Assembly (NCBI GenBank): GCA_048939245.1
Contig: JBHLPR010000028.1
Coordinates: forward strand, 1-27,873
Source of the DNA: Promethearchaeota archaeon
GTDB lineage: Archaea > Asgardarchaeota > Hermodarchaeia > Hermodarchaeales > Hermodarchaeaceae
Direction of reading: 5' to 3'
Length of the DNA stretch: 27,873 nt
The notes beneath the pieces are model-generated. The model was given only the letters and a program-made list of their open reading frames with translations. It searched no databases and was not told the DNA's origin. The translations under genes were made by a program, and so were the position numbers. This document shows positions 26,130-27,873 of the stretch, piece by piece; positions within the stretch are counted from its first letter, which is position 1, and every line of letters begins with the position of its first letter.

Positions 26130-27068
26130 ATGCCAAAGCCCACCCTTGCCGTCGAAACTCTTAGCATCTGCTCAGGTTGCGAAATCGCCATCCTTGACTT
26201 ACACCAAGCCCTCCCCGGCGTACTAGAGGCCATTGACCTCAAATACATCCAAGTCCTCATGGACTTCCGCGAACCCCCCGAAGAAGGCGTCACCGTTGGA
26301 TTCGTCTCCGGTGGCGTCCGCAACGAAGAACAAGTCGAACTCTTACACAAAATGCGCGAACGCTCACAGATTCTCGTCGCCTTCGGTGCCTGCTCAGCTT
26401 TCGGTGGCATCCCTGGGCTAGCCAACCTACATACCAAAGATGCACTTCTCCAAGAAGTCTATGTCGACACGGTAAGCACCGTCAACCCCAAAGGCATCAT
26501 CCCCCACAAAGTCGTTCCACCCCTCCTCGAAGAAGTGCACCCTATTAGCGATTTCGTCAAAGTCGACTACATTCTGCCAGGCTGCCCCCCACCACCTAAA
26601 CTCATCGCCGAACTCGTCACCTGTCTCCTGGAAGGTAGAGAATTTCGCCTCGAACCCAAAACTGTCTGCGACCAATGCCCTCTCACCAAAGACGAAAAGA
26701 GCGTCACCAACTTCCTCCGCTGGGGCACCAAAAAAATCGACCCCGAACGCTGCCTCCTCGAACAAGGCTACCAATGCCTCGGACCCGTCACCCAAGGCGG
26801 CTGCGAAGCCCGCTGCCCCACCGCTCTAGCTCCCTGCCGCGGCTGCTTCGGACCCACCGAAAACGTCCACGATCAAGCCGCTAAAATGATCGGCGCCATC
26901 GGATCTGTCGTCATCCAAGACCCCACCAAAGCCCCAGACCCCGAACTTATTGTGAAGGAAATCCCCGACCTCGTCGGCACCTACCTCCGCTTCAGTCTCC
27001 CCGCCTCCACCTTCAAAAAAGCCCACCACATTAACCCCATTAAAACGAAAAAAGGTGCAAAAGCATGA
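26130..27068 (+). CDS. mvhG: Group 3c [NiFe]-hydrogenase small subunit
   Basis: CSGC, GACSAFGGIPG, PGCPP, CDQC, CLLEQG..CLGPVT.GGC.A.CP....CRGC. Confidence 0.94.
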   Translation: MPKPTLAVETLSICSGCEIAILDLHQALPGVLEAIDLKYIQVLMDFREPPEEGVTVGFVSGGVRNEEQVELLHKMRERSQILVAFGACSAFGGIPGLANLHTKDALLQEVYVDTVSTVNPKGIIPHKVVPPLLEEVHPISDFVKVDYILPGCPPPPKLIAELVTCLLEGREFRLEPKTVCDQCPLTKDEKSVTNFLRWGTKKIDPERCLLEQGYQCLGPVTQGGCEARCPTALAPCRGCFGPTENVHDQAAKMIGAIGSVVIQDPTKAPDPELIVKEIPDLVGTYLRFSLPASTFKKAHHINPIKTKKGAKA

Positions 27069-27873
27069 GTCAAAAAGGAAAAACCATCAAAATCGCCCCG
27101 GTCACCCGCGTCGAAGGACATGGCGCCATCACCATCCAACTCGACCCCAAAGGCAACGTCGCCGATGCCCACTTCCACGTTATGGATGTCCGTGGCTTCG
27201 AACTCTTCATGCAAGACCGTCCAGTCGAAGAATCGCAACGCATTGCCACTCGCATGTGCGGCATCTGCCCGGTCAGCCACCATCTCGCTTCCGCCCATGC
27301 CGCTGATGCCCTCTATGGCGTCGATCCCCCTAAGACCGCCAAAATGCTTCGTGAACTCATGCACCATGGCCAAATGATCCACTCCCACACCCTCCACTTC
27401 TTCTACCTGGCTGCACCTGACATTCTCTTGCCTGGCACCGGTCCTGAAGAACGCCATGTCATCACGCTTCTCCAAAAAGACCCCGCAATGGTGGGCAAAA
27501 TCATCCGCCTCCGCCAAGTCGGTCAAAACCTCATCGAAGCCACCGGAGGACGCGCCATCCACCCGGTCACCGCCCAACCCGGCGGCATCTCTAAACCCAT
27601 CACCGAGGACACCCGAACTGATCTTCTCAAACAAGTTGAAGAAGCCCAAGACCTCGCCACCGAACTCCTTGGAGTCGTTCGTCCTAGCCTTGACAAAGTC
27701 GAACTCCTCGACGAACTCCAAACCGGCTACCTCGGCCTCGTCACTCCCAAAGGTGAACTCGAAGTCTACCAAGGCAACCTCCGCATGATCGATTCCAAAG
27801 GCAAAAAACTCGCCGAATTCCCCGTCAAAGACTACCTCAAATACATCGGCGAACACGTCACCGACTACTCCTA
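27065..27873 (+). CDS. mvhA: Group 3c [NiFe]-hydrogenase large subunit, 3'-truncated by window edge
   Basis: Not in ORF track. MSQKGKTIKIAPVTRVEGHG...RGFE...TRMCGICPVSHHLAS...IHSHTLHFFYLAAPD. ATGA overlap with mvhG. Confidence 0.95.
   Translation, partial: MSQKGKTIKIAPVTRVEGHGAITIQLDPKGNVADAHFHVMDVRGFELFMQDRPVEESQRIATRMCGICPVSHHLASAHAADALYGVDPPKTAKMLRELMHHGQMIHSHTLHFFYLAAPDILLPGTGPEERHVITLLQKDPAMVGKIIRLRQVGQNLIEATGGRAIHPVTAQPGGISKPITEDTRTDLLKQVEEAQDLATELLGVVRPSLDKVELLDELQTGYLGLVTPKGELEVYQGNLRMIDSKGKKLAEFPVKDYLKYIGEHVTDYS

Noticed and set aside
26981-27856. 291-aa minus-strand ORF
   Set aside because: Antisense shadow of mvhA/mvhG caused by C-ending codon bias; no motifs, and the plus strand carries clear hydrogenase motifs.
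1-27873. CRISPR arrays, transposases, integrases, att-site duplication of the tRNA 3' end
   Set aside because: No periodic repeats, mobile-element genes or second copy of the tRNA 3' end were seen.

Overview
Archaeal core-genome window, most likely Asgard archaea: it carries a longin-domain protein and an STT3-like AglB, but the class cannot be fixed from sequence alone. The left two-thirds hold translation, tRNA-modification and replication clusters: aIF5A-dhs-ffh-trmY-like-pus10 on the minus strand, nob1-Zn finger-aEF1beta-cdc48, and an OB-fold gene followed by PCNA-priL-priS-gins15-L44e-S27e-aIF2alpha-nop10. Then come aglB and gcvH. The ORF-free gap at 17264-17995 contains a tRNA-Leu(CAA) gene that only assembles after removal of four bulge-helix-bulge (BHB) introns at positions 8/9, 30/31, 37/38 and 59/60. 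It also holds a structured 5' leader and an unexplained, heavily base-paired ~240-nt element. The right third is one tightly packed operon in which a four-subunit 2-oxoacid:ferredoxin oxidoreductase sits inside the heterodisulfide reductase/Mvh hydrogenase genes (hdrC-hdrB-korD-korA-korB-korC-hdrA-mvhD-mvhG-mvhA). Three genes are missing from the ORF track (pus10, nop10, mvhA), and priS and nop10 appear to need non-canonical start codons.
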